Positions 1 through 9,253 of a stretch of DNA of 64,000 nucleotides are shown piece by piece. Where the stretch lies: assembly GCA_965223415.1 (NCBI GenBank), contig OZ245002.1, positions 1,664,001 through 1,728,000 on the forward strand, given 5' to 3'. The stretch comes from Myxococcota bacterium. GTDB lineage: Bacteria > Myxococcota_A > UBA9160 > UBA6930. Each line of letters opens with the position of its first letter. Positions within the stretch are counted from its first letter, which is position 1. The notes beneath the pieces are model-generated. The model made no database searches and had not been told where the DNA came from. It saw nothing but the letters and a program-made list of their open reading frames with translations. A program made the translations under genes and the position numbers.

Positions 1-1
1 G

Positions 2-406
2 GAGGACGTCGCGACCGCGTACGTCTTCATCGGCAGCGCCCATGAGTCCGAACCGGCCAGACGCTTCGATCTCGAGGACTTGGTCGATCCTGCGGTCTTC
101 GAGCGTTTCGTCGAGGTGGCCTACCGCAAGCGCATCAAGGGCGAGAAGCTCCGCTTCGACCGCTCGATCCCGAACCACGTCGACCGCTGCGAGCGGGCCC
201 TCGAGGACCTGGGCGTGAGCTTCTCTCGGGATCGCCTCGCGAAGCTGATCGTGAACGGCGGCGAGCGCCGCACCCTCCGAACCATGCTGTCGGGCGGGGC
301 CGACGACCGTTTCGAGCTGCTCTTCGAACGGATCCAACAGGCATTCGAGAGCGCGGCCGATATCCGCGTGGACGTGGAAGTCGACCAGGAGAAAGCCCTC
401 TACTGA
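2..406 (+). CDS. 3' end of a truncated gene; hypothetical protein, possibly the C-terminus of an OLD-like ATP-dependent nuclease
   Basis: Frame is open from the window edge to TGA at 406. 'DLEDLVDP..F..FV..AY' loosely resembles the segment following TOPRIM in OLD-family proteins. Confidence 0.45.
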   Translation, partial: EDVATAYVFIGSAHESEPARRFDLEDLVDPAVFERFVEVAYRKRIKGEKLRFDRSIPNHVDRCERALEDLGVSFSRDRLAKLIVNGGERRTLRTMLSGGADDRFELLFERIQQAFESAADIRVDVEVDQEKALY

Positions 407-454
407 GCCGCGGACTCGCTCGGCTCGGCGCTGCTCGTGATCGGGGAATCGACG

Positions 455-2032
455 CTAGGAATCCGCCCCCGCCCCGAGCTTCGCCTCCAAGCTCTCGACG
501 AGCCGATCCAGGGAGTGCTCCTCGTCGGCCACGCCGAACACGTAGCGATCGGGACGTACCACGGCGGCGCCGGCGGACTCGAAGAGGGCGTCGAAGCGGC
601 CGTGGCTGGGCTCGAGCTCGTCCAGAAGGATCGTGGGCGCGCCGAGCCTCGACAGGAAGGTGCGGCTCGCCTCCGATAGGACGAGCTCCGAGGCGCCCCG
701 GGCGACGACGGCGAAGCCCTGGCCGAGGAGCTCGTCGAGCATCGCCTCCCCGTCGGCGGCCCGCACCGTGGGCTGGGCGAAGAGGTGGCCGGCGGGCTTG
801 CCGTCGCCGACCTGCTCCTCGATCACGACGCCTCCGCGAAGGGGCGGAGCCGTTCGCCCCTGGCCGTAGCCGGAGCGACGCAGCTCCTCCGAGGGCGCTT
901 GGGCCTCGTCGCCGGCCTCGGCGGCGGCGAAGGCCTCCATGAGCTGGCCCACGGCCACCGCCCACTCCACTAGGTCCCGGGCGTGGCCGTCCCGCTCGGC
1001 GGCGTAGGTATCGAGGAGGCTGTCGTCGCACTTTCCGTCGAGCACGAGCTGGAGCTTCCAGCCCAGGTTGATGACGTCGCGGAAGCCGGCGTTCAGGCCC
1101 TGGCCCAGGAAGGGAGGCGTCTGGTGGGCGGCGTCGCCGGCGAGGAAGATGCGGCCCTCCCGCCAACGCTCAGCCGTGGCCGCATGGAACTGGTAGACGG
1201 CTACGCGGCGCAGTGCATAGTGCTCGGCGGGCAGCCAATCGTCGAGGAGTGCGCGCACCTGTTCGGGCTGCACCATCTCTTCCCTGGATTCGTCCGGGAG
1301 GAGCTGGAACTCCCAGCGCCGGTTCGGGTCCTTCGCACAGATGTAGGTCGTGATGCGCGCGGGGTCGCAGACCTGCATCGAGAGCAGGGGCAGCTCCGCC
1401 TCGGGCTTCGTGGTGATGTCGACGACCAGCCAGTCCTGGTCGTAGCCGAGGCTCTGCCAGCCGATGCCGAGGGAGCTGCGCACGAAGCTCGAGGCTCCGT
1501 CGCAGCCGATCAGGTAGGACGCCGAGAGCTCGGTGCTCGATCCGGCGGCGAGATCGGTCGCCGTGAGGACGACCCGATCTTCTCCCTGCTCGAGCTTCGT
1601 GACCTCGTGGCCGAGGAACACTTCGATGCGATCGCTCTCCGCGATCATCTCCCGGAGCACGCCCTCGAACTCGGGCTGATCGAAGAACGCGGCGTCCCGC
1701 CAGCCGTTGACGCACACGGCGGGCAGCTCCATGCCGAAGAGCGGCTGGCGCTTCGAGTCGGTGAAGGCGACGGCGTCCGGGTTCCGGGGAGGCTGGAGGA
1801 CGGCGTTCACGCGATCGGCGAGGCCGATCCGCTGGAATGCGCGAACCACCTCGCCGTCGAGGAGCACGGCGCGCGGGATGTCCATTGCCTCGGTGGTCTT
1901 CTCGACCACGGCCACGCGGAGCCCTTCGTGGGCCAGCAGCAGGGCGGCTCCGGCGCCGATCGGGCCGTAGCCCACGATCGCGACGTCGAAGCGGGGACCT
2001 GCGGATCGGGTGCGCACGTCGTTGGCAGCCAT
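455..2032 (-). CDS. FAD-dependent aromatic hydroxylase, MhpA/3-(3-hydroxyphenyl)propionate hydroxylase-like
   Basis: Start MAANDVR at 2032 after a GGAG RBS. Motifs VGYGPIG, IGCDGASS, FLAGDAAH..PPFLGQGLNAG and C-terminal VVRPDRYVFG. Confidence 0.9.
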   Translation of the reverse strand: MAANDVRTRSAGPRFDVAIVGYGPIGAGAALLLAHEGLRVAVVEKTTEAMDIPRAVLLDGEVVRAFQRIGLADRVNAVLQPPRNPDAVAFTDSKRQPLFGMELPAVCVNGWRDAAFFDQPEFEGVLREMIAESDRIEVFLGHEVTKLEQGEDRVVLTATDLAAGSSTELSASYLIGCDGASSFVRSSLGIGWQSLGYDQDWLVVDITTKPEAELPLLSMQVCDPARITTYICAKDPNRRWEFQLLPDESREEMVQPEQVRALLDDWLPAEHYALRRVAVYQFHAATAERWREGRIFLAGDAAHQTPPFLGQGLNAGFRDVINLGWKLQLVLDGKCDDSLLDTYAAERDGHARDLVEWAVAVGQLMEAFAAAEAGDEAQAPSEELRRSGYGQGRTAPPLRGGVVIEEQVGDGKPAGHLFAQPTVRAADGEAMLDELLGQGFAVVARGASELVLSEASRTFLSRLGAPTILLDELEPSHGRFDALFESAGAAVVRPDRYVFGVADEEHSLDRLVESLEAKLGAGADS

Positions 2033-2058
2033 GTCGGCTCTCCTTGGAATCGGGGGAA

Positions 2059-2709
2059 TCAGGACCGTTCGGTTCCGGGCGGATCCAGACGCACGAGCTC
2101 CTCGCCGACGATGGCGGACGCCTCGTCGGCGGGAACGCCGAGCTGACGCAGCGCGAGGGCAGCGAAGGACGCGTCGGCCTCCGGAGGCAGGCGGCCTTCG
2201 AGACGGCTGCGCAGCAGCGCTTCGATGCCGCCGGCGATCATCGTCATGGCGACGGCCGGGGCATCGCAATGGAAGCGACCGGACTCGATCCCCCGGCGGA
2301 CGTCGCGGCGCCCGTAGCGAGCCAGGCCGACCTCTCCGAGGGCGACCACCTCGCCGGCTCGCAAGGTGAACCAGCCGAGGATCGGATCCTCCACGCAGGT
2401 GCGGAGCGTGTGTCGCAGGCAGACGGCGAGCACCCGGGCGGGGTCGTCGCGCATCGGCTCGGTGAGCCGGTCGAGGGCCCGACCGAGATCGGCCAGCGTC
2501 TCCTGGGCGACGGCCCGGAGGATCGCGTCCTTCGACTCGAAGTGGTTGTAGAAGCTGCCCTTGGCCACGTCGGCGGCCTCGGTGATGTCCTGGATGGTGG
2601 TCGCGTCCGCACCCTGGGCGGCGAACACCTCGCGGGCCGCGACGAGCAGGGCCGCGCGGGTGCGAAGGCGCCCGCGCTGGGCACGGCTGGCGGGGCGGGC
2701 TTCCGGCAT
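2059..2709 (-). CDS. TetR/AcrR family transcriptional regulator
   Basis: HTH TTIQDITEAADVAKGSFYNHFESKD. Confidence 0.92.
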   Translation of the reverse strand: MPEARPASRAQRGRLRTRAALLVAAREVFAAQGADATTIQDITEAADVAKGSFYNHFESKDAILRAVAQETLADLGRALDRLTEPMRDDPARVLAVCLRHTLRTCVEDPILGWFTLRAGEVVALGEVGLARYGRRDVRRGIESGRFHCDAPAVAMTMIAGGIEALLRSRLEGRLPPEADASFAALALRQLGVPADEASAIVGEELVRLDPPGTERS

Positions 2710-2726
2710 GGATGGATGGATACCCC

Positions 2727-2792
2727 GAAATGACCGTATCGTCAACTATGACTATCTGGTCATTTCCCGAAATTCCTGATACGGTCTGGTCA
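2727..2792. promoter_or_regulatory. Candidate TetR operators in the divergent promoter (TGAC-N6-GTCA x2 plus one degenerate copy)
   Basis: TGACcgtatcGTCA at 2731-2744, TGACtatctgGTCA at 2749-2762, and atacggtctgGTCA at 2779-2792. The first two are enclosed by the inverted repeat GAAATGACC...GGTCATTTC. Confidence 0.65.
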
Positions 2793-2809
2793 TCACCCAA
2801 GGAGGAACC

Positions 2810-3379
2810 ATGCCCATCGGATCCCAGACCTCTCCGTCCCCCCGGCTCACCCTCGGCCACTCCACCATCGCCGCCCGCGACCTGGACGCCCAGATCGCCT
2901 TCTACCGCGACGTGCTGGGCTTCCACGTCACCAATCGCGGCCCGGCCGGACCGGGCGGCGAAGCCGAGCTGGCCTTCCTGAGCCAGGACCCTTCCGTCCA
3001 CCACCAGATCGCCATGGTGTCCGGGGTGCCGGTGCCCGATCGCTCGTTCCACATGGTCGACCACCTGGCCTTCCGGACCGGGAACCTCGACGACCTGCGT
3101 TGCCTGCGCGCGGCCCTGCTCGAGGCCGGGGTCGAGATCACGCCGATCTGCCACGGAAACGCCTGGTCGCTCTACTTCAACGACCCGGAAGGCAACGGGG
3201 TCGAGTGCTACGTCGATTCGCCGTTCCACGTGGCCCAGCCTGCCGCCAAGCCCTTCGACCTCGACCAGAGCGACGACGAGATCGAGCGGGCGACCCGCGA
3301 GCAGTTCGAGGCCGAGCCCGAGTTCCGCCCGATGGCCGAGTGGCAGGAGGAGTTCACCAAGCGCCTCGACCGGGCCTGA
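2810..3379 (+). CDS. VOC (glyoxalase/extradiol dioxygenase) family protein
   Basis: LGHSTI..FYRDVLGF, HHQIA, DHLAF, HGNAWSLYFNDPEGNGVE; AAGGAGG RBS. Confidence 0.9.
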   Translation: MPIGSQTSPSPRLTLGHSTIAARDLDAQIAFYRDVLGFHVTNRGPAGPGGEAELAFLSQDPSVHHQIAMVSGVPVPDRSFHMVDHLAFRTGNLDDLRCLRAALLEAGVEITPICHGNAWSLYFNDPEGNGVECYVDSPFHVAQPAAKPFDLDQSDDEIERATREQFEAEPEFRPMAEWQEEFTKRLDRA

Positions 3380-3727
3380 GCGCGCCAGCCCCGGGGCGAT
3401 TCGGGCTCGCGGCGGGGCGCCTTGTCGCAGCCGGCGCCGTGGAGAACAACTCGTCTCCCGACACGCGGCATGTCGCTTGCGCTCTCCGCTCTCGCGGAGG
3501 AAGCCGCCGTTCCTCGGCGCAGCCCCGACCCCCTTCGGGGGAGCCGAAGACGATCGCCTGGTGGCGGCCCACCGGCTGGGCGACGGAAGCAGACTGCGCG
3601 CTCGCCACGGCCTTCCTCGTCGCGGGCCTCGTCCTGCTCGCATCATCAAGCTCGGCCAGTGGCAGGCGGAGGCGTTCCAGGCGCAGGAGCTGCGAGATCA
3701 AGCCGCCGGAGCTCGGGGTAGGGCCTG

Positions 3728-4456
3728 TCAGTCGCCTGTGCCCTGCCAGCGCGAGACCAGCACGCCGTCCTCGATGTCGTTGTACTCGAGGTGAGCCTCG
3801 ACGTAGCGGCTCTCGAAGTCGCTCCGTCCCTGCATCCAGCCCACGTAGGGGTTCTCTCCGAAGAACGGGCCGACGTTGTCGGCCAGGATCACGGCACCCG
3901 GGCGGAGGAGCCCGCGCGCCAGCAGCTCCTCGGCGTCGCGCTGATAGAGGCCCTTCCAGTGGTCGAGGAGAACGAGGTCGAAGGGCTCCTTCAGCGTGCC
4001 GATCCTCTCCGTGGAGGGACCGGTGACGAACTCCACCCGATCCGCCAGCCCGGCCAGCTCCGCCATCTCGCGGGACACGCGGGAGGAGGTCTCGCTCACG
4101 TCGATGGAGACGAGCCGCCCGCCGGGGCCGAGGCTGCGCGCGACGAGGATCGCCGAGTAGCCCACGAAGCTCCCGAGCTCGAGCACCCGGGCGTCGGGGC
4201 CGGCGGCGCGAACCGCGTCTTCGAGCAGGGGGCCCTTCTCGTCGCCGATGTTCATCAGGAAGCGCTTCTGGGCGGCGAAATGATCGAGGGCCGCGAGCAC
4301 GGAGGCGGGGTCGGAGGGCGTGGCGTTCTGCCTCGCGTAGGCCAACGCGGCATCGTGAACGCCCGGCTCGCGGCGCAGCCAGGCCAGGGCGAACCGGCCG
4401 CCTTCCCGAAGAACCCAGGGGATCGCCCGGATGCGGGTCCGCAAGACACTCGACAC
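3728..4456 (-). CDS. Catechol O-methyltransferase-like SAM-dependent methyltransferase
   Basis: MNIGDEKG, VLELGSFVGYSA, LDHWK and LADNV match COMT motifs. Confidence 0.85.
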   Translation of the reverse strand: MSSVLRTRIRAIPWVLREGGRFALAWLRREPGVHDAALAYARQNATPSDPASVLAALDHFAAQKRFLMNIGDEKGPLLEDAVRAAGPDARVLELGSFVGYSAILVARSLGPGGRLVSIDVSETSSRVSREMAELAGLADRVEFVTGPSTERIGTLKEPFDLVLLDHWKGLYQRDAEELLARGLLRPGAVILADNVGPFFGENPYVGWMQGRSDFESRYVEAHLEYNDIEDGVLVSRWQGTGD

Positions 4457-4515
4457 GGGAGGAGACTACGCCGCCGGGGCCGGCGGCGCCCACGAGCCTG
4501 TGAGAAGATGGGGAC

Positions 4516-5358
4516 ATGCAGGACGCACGGGGTCGCAAGATCGCCTTCATCACCGGCGCCGCCAGCGGGATCGGACGGGCGACCGCGGAGCTCCTCGCCG
4601 AGAAGGGCTGGTGGGTCGGCGCTGCCGATCGCAACGCCGCCGGTCTCGACGTCCTCCGCGACAGCCTCGGTGAGGCGCAGTGCCGGCCCTTTCCCCTGGA
4701 CGTCACCGACAAGGCCGCCTACGACGCCGTGATCTCCGAGCTGGCGGGGGAAACGGAGGGGCGCCTGGACCTCCTGTTCAACAACGCGGGCATCGGCGTG
4801 GCAGGCTTCTTCGAGGAGATTCCCGTCGAGGAGAGCCTGCGGGTGATCGACGTGAACCTCGTCGGCGTAATCCACGGCATCTATGCCGCGCTTCCGCTGC
4901 TCAAGGCCACGCCGAACAGCCTGTGCTTCACCACGTCGTCCTCGGCCGCCACCTACGGCGCGCCCCACCTCGCGGTGTACACCGCCACCAAGTTCGCCGT
5001 GAAGGGGCTGACCGAGGCGTTGGCGGTGGAGCTCTCGCGCTGCGGAGTGCGGGTGGCCGACGTCCTGCCGGGCGTCATCGACACGGCGATCTTCGGCGAC
5101 TCCCCGGTCTACGTGAAGGGCGAGCGGCAGTCGGGTCTGGACCAGACCATCGCCTCCCAGGCGAGCACGAAAGGGCCGTTCCGACTGGTGCCGCCGAGCC
5201 TCGTCGCCGAGGCGGTCTGGCGCTGCTACGAGGGCGACCCGCGCATGCACTGGTACGTGCCCGAAGAGATCGAGGAGATCGACAAGGCCAAGGCGGAGGC
5301 TCCCGAGGCCTTGCGCGACGCCCGCATCGCCCAGCTGAAGGGGAGCCTGAGCGGCTGA
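4516..5358 (+). CDS. Short-chain dehydrogenase/reductase
   Basis: TGAASGIG, NNAG, catalytic YTATK. Confidence 0.92.
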   Translation: MQDARGRKIAFITGAASGIGRATAELLAEKGWWVGAADRNAAGLDVLRDSLGEAQCRPFPLDVTDKAAYDAVISELAGETEGRLDLLFNNAGIGVAGFFEEIPVEESLRVIDVNLVGVIHGIYAALPLLKATPNSLCFTTSSSAATYGAPHLAVYTATKFAVKGLTEALAVELSRCGVRVADVLPGVIDTAIFGDSPVYVKGERQSGLDQTIASQASTKGPFRLVPPSLVAEAVWRCYEGDPRMHWYVPEEIEEIDKAKAEAPEALRDARIAQLKGSLSG

Positions 5359-5386
5359 TCCCGCCGATGGCACTCGAGGAGAGATC

Positions 5387-6580
5387 ATGACCTTCCAGGT
5401 TCCCGAGCGCGTCAGGCCGATTCGCGCCGCCGTCCAGCAGTTCATCGAGGAGAAGATCTACCCGGTCGAGCACGTCCTCGAGGAGCGCGGCACGGCCGAG
5501 GGCGCGGAGGTGATGGCCGATCTCATGGGGCAGGCCAAGGCGGCGGGCCTCTGGGCGCTCGGCCACCCCAAGGATATCGGCGGCCAGGGGCTGCCCTTCC
5601 TCGACTACGTCTACGTCAACGAGGTCGTCGGCCGCTCGACCCCGGCGATGGTCGCCCTCGGCACCCACTCGCTGCAGGACTCGATCATGCTGAAGGAGTT
5701 CGCCTCGGACGAGTGGCGCGACCGCTACCTGAAGCCGTTGGTGGACGGCGAGGCCTTCCCCAGCTTCGGCATGACCGAGCCGGACGTCGGCAGCTCGGAC
5801 CCGACCCAGCTCCAGACCTCCGCCGTCCTCGAGAACGGGGAGTGGGTGATCAACGGCCGCAAGTGGTTCACCTCCGGAGCGGACGTCGCCGCCTACACCA
5901 CCGTCATGTGTCGCACCGAGCCGGACGCCCCGGACCACGACGCCTTCAGCATGATCATCGTTCCCACCGACACGCCTGGCTACGAGATCGTGCGGGAGCC
6001 CCGGGTGATGGGCCGCCACGGTGGGCACTGCGAGATCTCCCTGCGCGACGTACGCGTGCCGGAATCGAACCTGCTCGGCCCCCGCGGCGCCGGCTTCCGG
6101 ATCGCCCAGCGCCGCCTCGGCCCCGGGCGCATCTTCCACTGCATGCGCTGGCTCGGGCAGGCCCAGCGGGCCTTCGACCTGATGTGCGAGCGGGCCAACT
6201 CGCGAGTCGTGTTCGGCAAGCCCCTCGGCGGCCACCAGCAGATCCAGAAGTTCATCTTCGACAGCCTGTGCGAGATCCAGGGGAGCCGCATGCTCACCCT
6301 GGCCGCCGCCCACAAGATCGACCAGGGCGACGAGGCCCGGGTCGAGATCGGCATGATCAAGGTCGTGGGCGCGTCGATGCTCCACAACGTCATCGACCGC
6401 GCCATCCAGGTGCACGGTGCCAAGGGCGTCACCGACGACACGCCCCTCGAGCGCATGTACCGGGAGGCCCGCTTCGCGCGGATCTACGACGGGCCGGACG
6501 AAGTCCACGTGATGACCACGTCGCGGCGGGTGCTGAAGGCCTACGCGATCGGCGACGGCTGGGACTTCGGACTGCGCTGA
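5387..6580 (+). CDS. Acyl-CoA dehydrogenase
   Basis: FGMTEPDVGSSD, INGRKWFTSG, RLGPGRIFHCMR, AIQVHGAKG, RIYDGPDEVH. Confidence 0.95.
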   Translation: MTFQVPERVRPIRAAVQQFIEEKIYPVEHVLEERGTAEGAEVMADLMGQAKAAGLWALGHPKDIGGQGLPFLDYVYVNEVVGRSTPAMVALGTHSLQDSIMLKEFASDEWRDRYLKPLVDGEAFPSFGMTEPDVGSSDPTQLQTSAVLENGEWVINGRKWFTSGADVAAYTTVMCRTEPDAPDHDAFSMIIVPTDTPGYEIVREPRVMGRHGGHCEISLRDVRVPESNLLGPRGAGFRIAQRRLGPGRIFHCMRWLGQAQRAFDLMCERANSRVVFGKPLGGHQQIQKFIFDSLCEIQGSRMLTLAAAHKIDQGDEARVEIGMIKVVGASMLHNVIDRAIQVHGAKGVTDDTPLERMYREARFARIYDGPDEVHVMTTSRRVLKAYAIGDGWDFGLR

Positions 6581-6599
6581 CGCGCGCGCCCCCGGAACG

Positions 6600-8087
6600 C
6601 TATTCCGCGTAGCCCAGGCTGCGAAGCCGCTCGGCGTCGTCCTCGGAAACCGCATCTGCGCCTACGTCCGCGCGGGGCGAGTCGACGATCCATCGCTCCA
6701 GCTTCTCTACGCGCTTCGCCTCGTGCGGAGCCAGGTTGGCGAGTTCGTTCGGATCCCGATCCAGATCGTAGAGCTCCGTCGAGCCCCCGACCCAATGGTG
6801 GCCCATCCACCCGGGCTCCCGGCGGATCAGCTTGAACCGGCGGTCGGCAACGGACACCGCGGCCTGCTCGCCGGGCTCCGGGTCGAGGCGCATGATCACG
6901 GGGCCGGCGGGCTGCATCCCGTCGCCGCGGAGCGAGCCGGCCCAGCTTCGCCCGTCGAGGCCCGGCGGAGGCGCAAGACCGACCAGCTCGAGCACGGTGG
7001 GAGCGATGTCGACGAGAGCCGCGGGCGCCTCGATCGTCGAGCCCTCCGGGAGACGCACGCCGCGTCCGGCGACGACGAGCGGGACCCGTTGCGTCGCCTC
7101 GTAGAGGTCGCGCTCCCAGTAGAGGCCGTGCTCGCCCATGCTCTCGCCGTGGTCCGAGGTGACGACCGCAAGGAGACCCGCGGAACCGGCCGCATGCTCG
7201 GCGCGTTCGAGGAGCTCACCCAGCGCCCAGTCGGCGATCGCGATGTCGTCGTCGTACCACGCCCGCATCTGCTCGAGCGCTTCGGCATCGCGAACGACCT
7301 GCGCGCGTGAATCGGGCCCCATCTGATACCACTGGCTCGCTCCCGTGGGCTCGTCATAGGGAAGATGGGGGTCGAAGTAGTGGACCCACGCGAAGAAGGG
7401 CGACTCTGCCCCATCCTCGAGCCAGGCGAACGCGTCCGCGTTGACGTTCCCGGCTGGACGTGCCGGCGGGTCCGGATCGATCCCGAGCCAGGGCGCGATC
7501 CAATCCACGAGAAGGGCGAGGGGCGCCGTCACGACATGCCGTCGAAGCCAGGGCAGGGGGCCGAAGACGTCGCCGCGCACGTCGAAGCGGGAGGGAAGTC
7601 CGGATGCCCGGTCCGTCGTGGTCCACCCGCCGACGAAGGCCGCGGTCCGGTACCCGGCCGCTCGCAGGGGCTCGACGAGCGTCGGGACCGATTCGTGGAG
7701 TCGCCGTCCGTTCCGGACGACACTGTGCCGCCCGGGCAGGAGGCCCGTCATCAGGGAGATGTGGGCGGGCCCGGTGAATCGCGAGGGCGTGCGAACGGTC
7801 TCGAAGCGGACGCCGCGGGCCGCGAGCGCATCGAGGTTGTCGGTTCGCCCTCGCGGGTAGCCGTAGCTCCCGACGTGGTCTGCCCGGAGGGTGTCGATCG
7901 TGACGAGCAAGATGCTCGGTCGGGAGCCTCCCCCTCCGGGCACCGGCGCGGGCGTGGCGAGCTGTGCGTCGACGGCGGCGAACGAGGAAGCGATCAGACC
8001 GACGAGGAGGATGGCTGTGAGGAATCGAGGGGCCAAAAACAAACACCGTTCGCGCGAGAGGCTATCGCGGGCGCCCTTGGGCATCAA
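6600..8087 (-). CDS. Sulfatase-like hydrolase (alkaline phosphatase superfamily), probably exported; start uncertain
   Basis: LVTIDTLRADH, WVHYFDPH, TSDHGE, ELYDL..DPNE; N-terminal hydrophobic segment. Confidence 0.85.
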   Translation of the reverse strand: MMPKGARDSLSRERCLFLAPRFLTAILLVGLIASSFAAVDAQLATPAPVPGGGGSRPSILLVTIDTLRADHVGSYGYPRGRTDNLDALAARGVRFETVRTPSRFTGPAHISLMTGLLPGRHSVVRNGRRLHESVPTLVEPLRAAGYRTAAFVGGWTTTDRASGLPSRFDVRGDVFGPLPWLRRHVVTAPLALLVDWIAPWLGIDPDPPARPAGNVNADAFAWLEDGAESPFFAWVHYFDPHLPYDEPTGASQWYQMGPDSRAQVVRDAEALEQMRAWYDDDIAIADWALGELLERAEHAAGSAGLLAVVTSDHGESMGEHGLYWERDLYEATQRVPLVVAGRGVRLPEGSTIEAPAALVDIAPTVLELVGLAPPPGLDGRSWAGSLRGDGMQPAGPVIMRLDPEPGEQAAVSVADRRFKLIRREPGWMGHHWVGGSTELYDLDRDPNELANLAPHEAKRVEKLERWIVDSPRADVGADAVSEDDAERLRSLGYAE

Positions 8088-8160
8088 GCGAGTGGACTTC
8101 CACTCACTGCAACCAGAGAGGGAGGTGAATACAACGCGAATCGCGAACGGTGCGTGCCGT

Positions 8161-8232
8161 GCGCGTCTACCCGCGGATGCAGAAGTCCGCGACGCTGCGC
8201 GTCTACCCGCGGATGCAGAAGTCCGCGACGCT
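8161..8232. repeat. Exact 36-bp tandem duplication spanning the esterase stop codon
   Basis: GCGCGTCTACCCGCGGATGCAGAAGTCCGCGACGCT occurs at 8161-8196 and 8197-8232. Confidence 0.95.
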
Positions 8233-9237
8233 GCGCGCAGCCTCCCGCGAGATCTCGGGACACGCGATCGGGAAGATCTCGGTTCCGTGGATGGTCCCCA
8301 TGGCCTGGCGGCAGCGTGCCGGCACGCCCGCCCGCAGCAGGAGCCGGTAGAATGCGATGCCCTCGTCGCGCAACGGGTCGCACTCGTTCACGCTGATCAC
8401 GGTCGGCGGCAGGCCGCGCACGTCGTCCTCGGTCGCGAAGCCGGGCCACGCGAGGGGGTTCTTGCGTTCGAACTCCTCGATGCCGTAGGCCATCGCGCCG
8501 CGGTTGTCGTGCAGGTTCAGCAGGATGCCGTTGTTCAGGGTCGAAGAAGGGTACTCGTCCCGCGGCCAGCTCCCGGCGATGTAGGGGCAGAAGGCGTAGA
8601 GCCCCCGGATCAGGTCGAGGCGATCCTCCCGCTTGAGACGCAGGCCCGTCGCCAGGGTGAGGTTCCCGCCGCCGCTCTCGCCGGCGACGATGATGCGGCC
8701 TGCATCGATGCCGAGATCGTCCGCGTTCGCGGAGACCCACTTCAGGCCGGCGACGCAGTCGTCGAGGCCGGCGGGATAGGGCAGGACCTCGGGCGCCGAG
8801 GAAGGTGTCAGCGCGTTGCGGAAGTCGACCATCGCCACCGCCACGCCGTGGGCCGCGATGATCTTGCCCCAGGCCCGGTAGTTGCCGTCGAAGCAGGAGA
8901 GGGTCTGCATCCCGCCGCCGTGGATGTAGTACACGCACGGCAGGGACCCGGAGGTGTCGGGACGGATCAGCTGGATCTTGACCGAGTTGCCGTCAGGCTC
9001 CGACGCGAACTCCAGAGTCTTGATCGAGAGGCCGGCCGAGGGCGCGATCTCCTCGTTGTCGCACATCTCCATGAACCCGCGAAACCGCTCCGCCTGGGCC
9101 TTGGCTTCGGGGGTGTTCACGGCGGCCAGCAGCTCCTCCCGGCTGGCCACGTCGGAGGCCGGCATCTCGGGAAGGGCCGCGAACACCGCCTTCAGGCGAG
9201 AGTCGATTCTCGGGTCGTCGGCGATCTTCGAGCTCAT
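8203..9237 (-). CDS. Alpha/beta hydrolase, hormone-sensitive lipase (family IV) esterase
   Basis: HGGG, GESGG, DPLRDEG and HG motifs; start MSSKIADD after a GAGGAGG RBS. Confidence 0.92.
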   Translation of the reverse strand: MSSKIADDPRIDSRLKAVFAALPEMPASDVASREELLAAVNTPEAKAQAERFRGFMEMCDNEEIAPSAGLSIKTLEFASEPDGNSVKIQLIRPDTSGSLPCVYYIHGGGMQTLSCFDGNYRAWGKIIAAHGVAVAMVDFRNALTPSSAPEVLPYPAGLDDCVAGLKWVSANADDLGIDAGRIIVAGESGGGNLTLATGLRLKREDRLDLIRGLYAFCPYIAGSWPRDEYPSSTLNNGILLNLHDNRGAMAYGIEEFERKNPLAWPGFATEDDVRGLPPTVISVNECDPLRDEGIAFYRLLLRAGVPARCRQAMGTIHGTEIFPIACPEISREAARSVADFCIRG

Positions 9238-9253
9238 GGCTCCTCCTCGGCCG

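Noticed and set aside
455..3649. 1064-aa ORF as one giant protein
   Set aside because: Only the part from 2032 is hydroxylase-like. The upstream extension is out-of-frame or antisense read-through over tetR and VOC, typical of high GC.
8161..8232. 36-bp repeat with an internal hairpin as a CRISPR array
   Set aside because: Only two abutting copies with no spacer, the unit is coding sequence, and there are no cas genes.
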